This document shows positions 62,301 to 64,000 of a DNA stretch of 64,000 nt, piece after piece. The position numbers and the translations under genes are program-made. Source of the stretch: Mobula hypostoma (Eukaryota); the NCBI RefSeq assembly GCF_963921235.1, contig NC_086108.1:46378001-46442000 (forward strand), given 5' to 3'. Below the pieces are notes generated by a model. It saw only the letters and a list, made by a program, of their open reading frames with translations. It was not told where the DNA came from and made no database searches. The stretch's first letter is position 1. Each line of letters starts with the position of its first letter.

Positions 62301-64000
62301 AATCTACTGCCAGATGATGACGCCACACTGCCTGATGTCCTAAACCAGTTCTTTGCCCACTTTGATACTCAGAGGGAGGAGGCTGCTCCACTCATCAACC
62401 CACCTGATGACAAGTCCACACTGGTCCTTAAGCAACATCAGATGAGATCCACCCTGAGGAAAGTGAATGCAAGTAAGGTAGCTGGCCCAGACGGAGTGCC
62501 CGGCCGGGTACTGAAAGCATGTGCCGACCAGCTTGCTGAGGTGTTTAAATATATATTTAACCTCCCACTGCAACGAGCTGTTGTTCCAACATGCCTTAAA
62601 ACCTCCACCATCATCCCAGTGCCCAAAATATCAGCTGTGAAGTGCCTGAATGACTATGGCCCTGTAGCGCTGACACCCACAGCCATGAAGTGCTTTGAGA
62701 GACTTGTGCTCTCACACATTAAGGCTATAATCCCACCTGATCTGGACAAACACCAGATTGCCTACTGGGCAAACTGCTCCACAAAGGATGCAATCACAAC
62801 AGCCCTCCGTATTGCTCTGACTCACTTAGAGGAACCGAACACTTATGTGAGGATGTTATTTGTGGACTTCAGTTCTGCACTTAACACAGTCTTCCCCCAT
62901 AAACTGGTCAGCAAACTGAACACTCTTGGCTTTGGTTCCTCCCTGTGCTCATGGGTCATGGACTTTCTCACAGACCGACCACAGCAAGTCAGAATTGGTA
63001 AGCACACCTCCACCACCCTCATCTTAAAAACAGGCACCCCGCAGGGCTGTGTGCTGAGCCCTATGCTCTATACACTCTTCACACATGACTGCACCCCCCT
63101 CTACACCTCCAACTCCATAATTAAATTTGAGGAGGATACTACAGTGGTTGGCCTGATCTCGGACGAGGATGAAACAGCCTACAGGCTTGAGGTGGATCAT
63201 CTGACGGAGTGCTGTAAGGACAACGACCTGGTCCTTAACACTTCTAAAACAAAAGAGATGATCATTGACTTCAGGAGACCGAAGGACAGAGTACACACCC
63301 CCTTCCATATACATGGAGAGGTAGTGGACAGTGTGGAAAACCTAAAGGTCCTTGGAGTTACGTTGTCAAAACAGCTGACATGGACCACCAACACCTCGCT
63401 GCTTGTAAAAAAGGCACAACAAAGAATCTTCTTCCTCAGAAAGCTGAAACAGGCCAAACTTCCACAAAAGCTGTTGCTTAACTTCTACAGAAGCACAATT
63501 GAAACCATCCTGACCAACAACACCACAGTGTGGTATGCCAGCTGCACAGCCGCTGAGCAACAAGACCTGCATGGCGTGGTGAAGGCGGCCCAGCGAATTG
63601 TCAGGATGCAGCTCCCAGGACTGGACACCATCTATTCCAGCAGACTCAGGAGGAAAGCAATCAGCATAACCAGAGACACCACACACCCCGGCCACTCCCT
63701 GTTTGACCCGCTGCCATTCAGCAAAAAGTTCAGGACACTAAAAACCAGAACAAATAGACTGAGGAACAGCTTCTATCCCAGAGCTGTGGCCTCCATCACA
63801 GCACTCCCACAGAACAATGACTGAAACTGTGAGCACAGACATGCACACACGGGGACTCAAATACTGGCACTAACGGCACTTTGTGCATTACTGTGACATT
63901 CTGGTGCTGCTGCAACTTATTTTCTGCTACTTATCTATTTAATACTGTTTTTCTATTATTGTCTTGTTTTTAGCGACTGCTTTATTTAATTGCCTGAGAG
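62301..64000 (+). mobile_element. Young Rex1-type LINE, open RT ORF (about 500 aa), 5'-truncated
   Basis: Uninterrupted ORF to 63824 with KVAGPDGVPGRVLKACADQL, PVALTPTAMKCFERLV, FVDFSSALN and GTPQGCVLSPML. The catalytic FADD reads FEED. Confidence 0.93.

Overview
Eukaryotic vertebrate genomic DNA. The repeat content (CR1 with HE1-type tails, Rex1/L2-clade LINEs, Penelope elements, V/HE1-like SINEs) points to a cartilaginous fish, probably a ray; this is inference. Three host genes were reconstructed by hand from splice sites. (1) The 3' end of a selectin gene on + (cytoplasmic-tail exons 377-404 and 955-1006, then a 3'UTR exon). (2) A second, complete selectin paralogue on + (26116-41115): signal, C-type lectin, EGF, 2 intact sushi, 1 decayed sushi, TM and cytoplasmic tail. 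Its lectin exon carries an in-frame TGA and has lost several Ca2+/sLeX ligands, while the EGF, sushi 1-2, TM and tail exons look intact. (3) An intact six-exon DUSP12 on - (47252-54777). Much of the rest is transposable element: nested hAT elements with TSDs, a TIR/microsatellite MITE family, solo LTRs, a decayed Gypsy integrase, an 80-bp LINE-derived minisatellite, and Penelope elements with inverted pLTRs carrying minimal hammerhead ribozyme motifs (one with an intact core). No prokaryotic system, CRISPR array, tRNA or rRNA gene was seen. Repeat boundaries without TSD support are approximate. No database searches were run.
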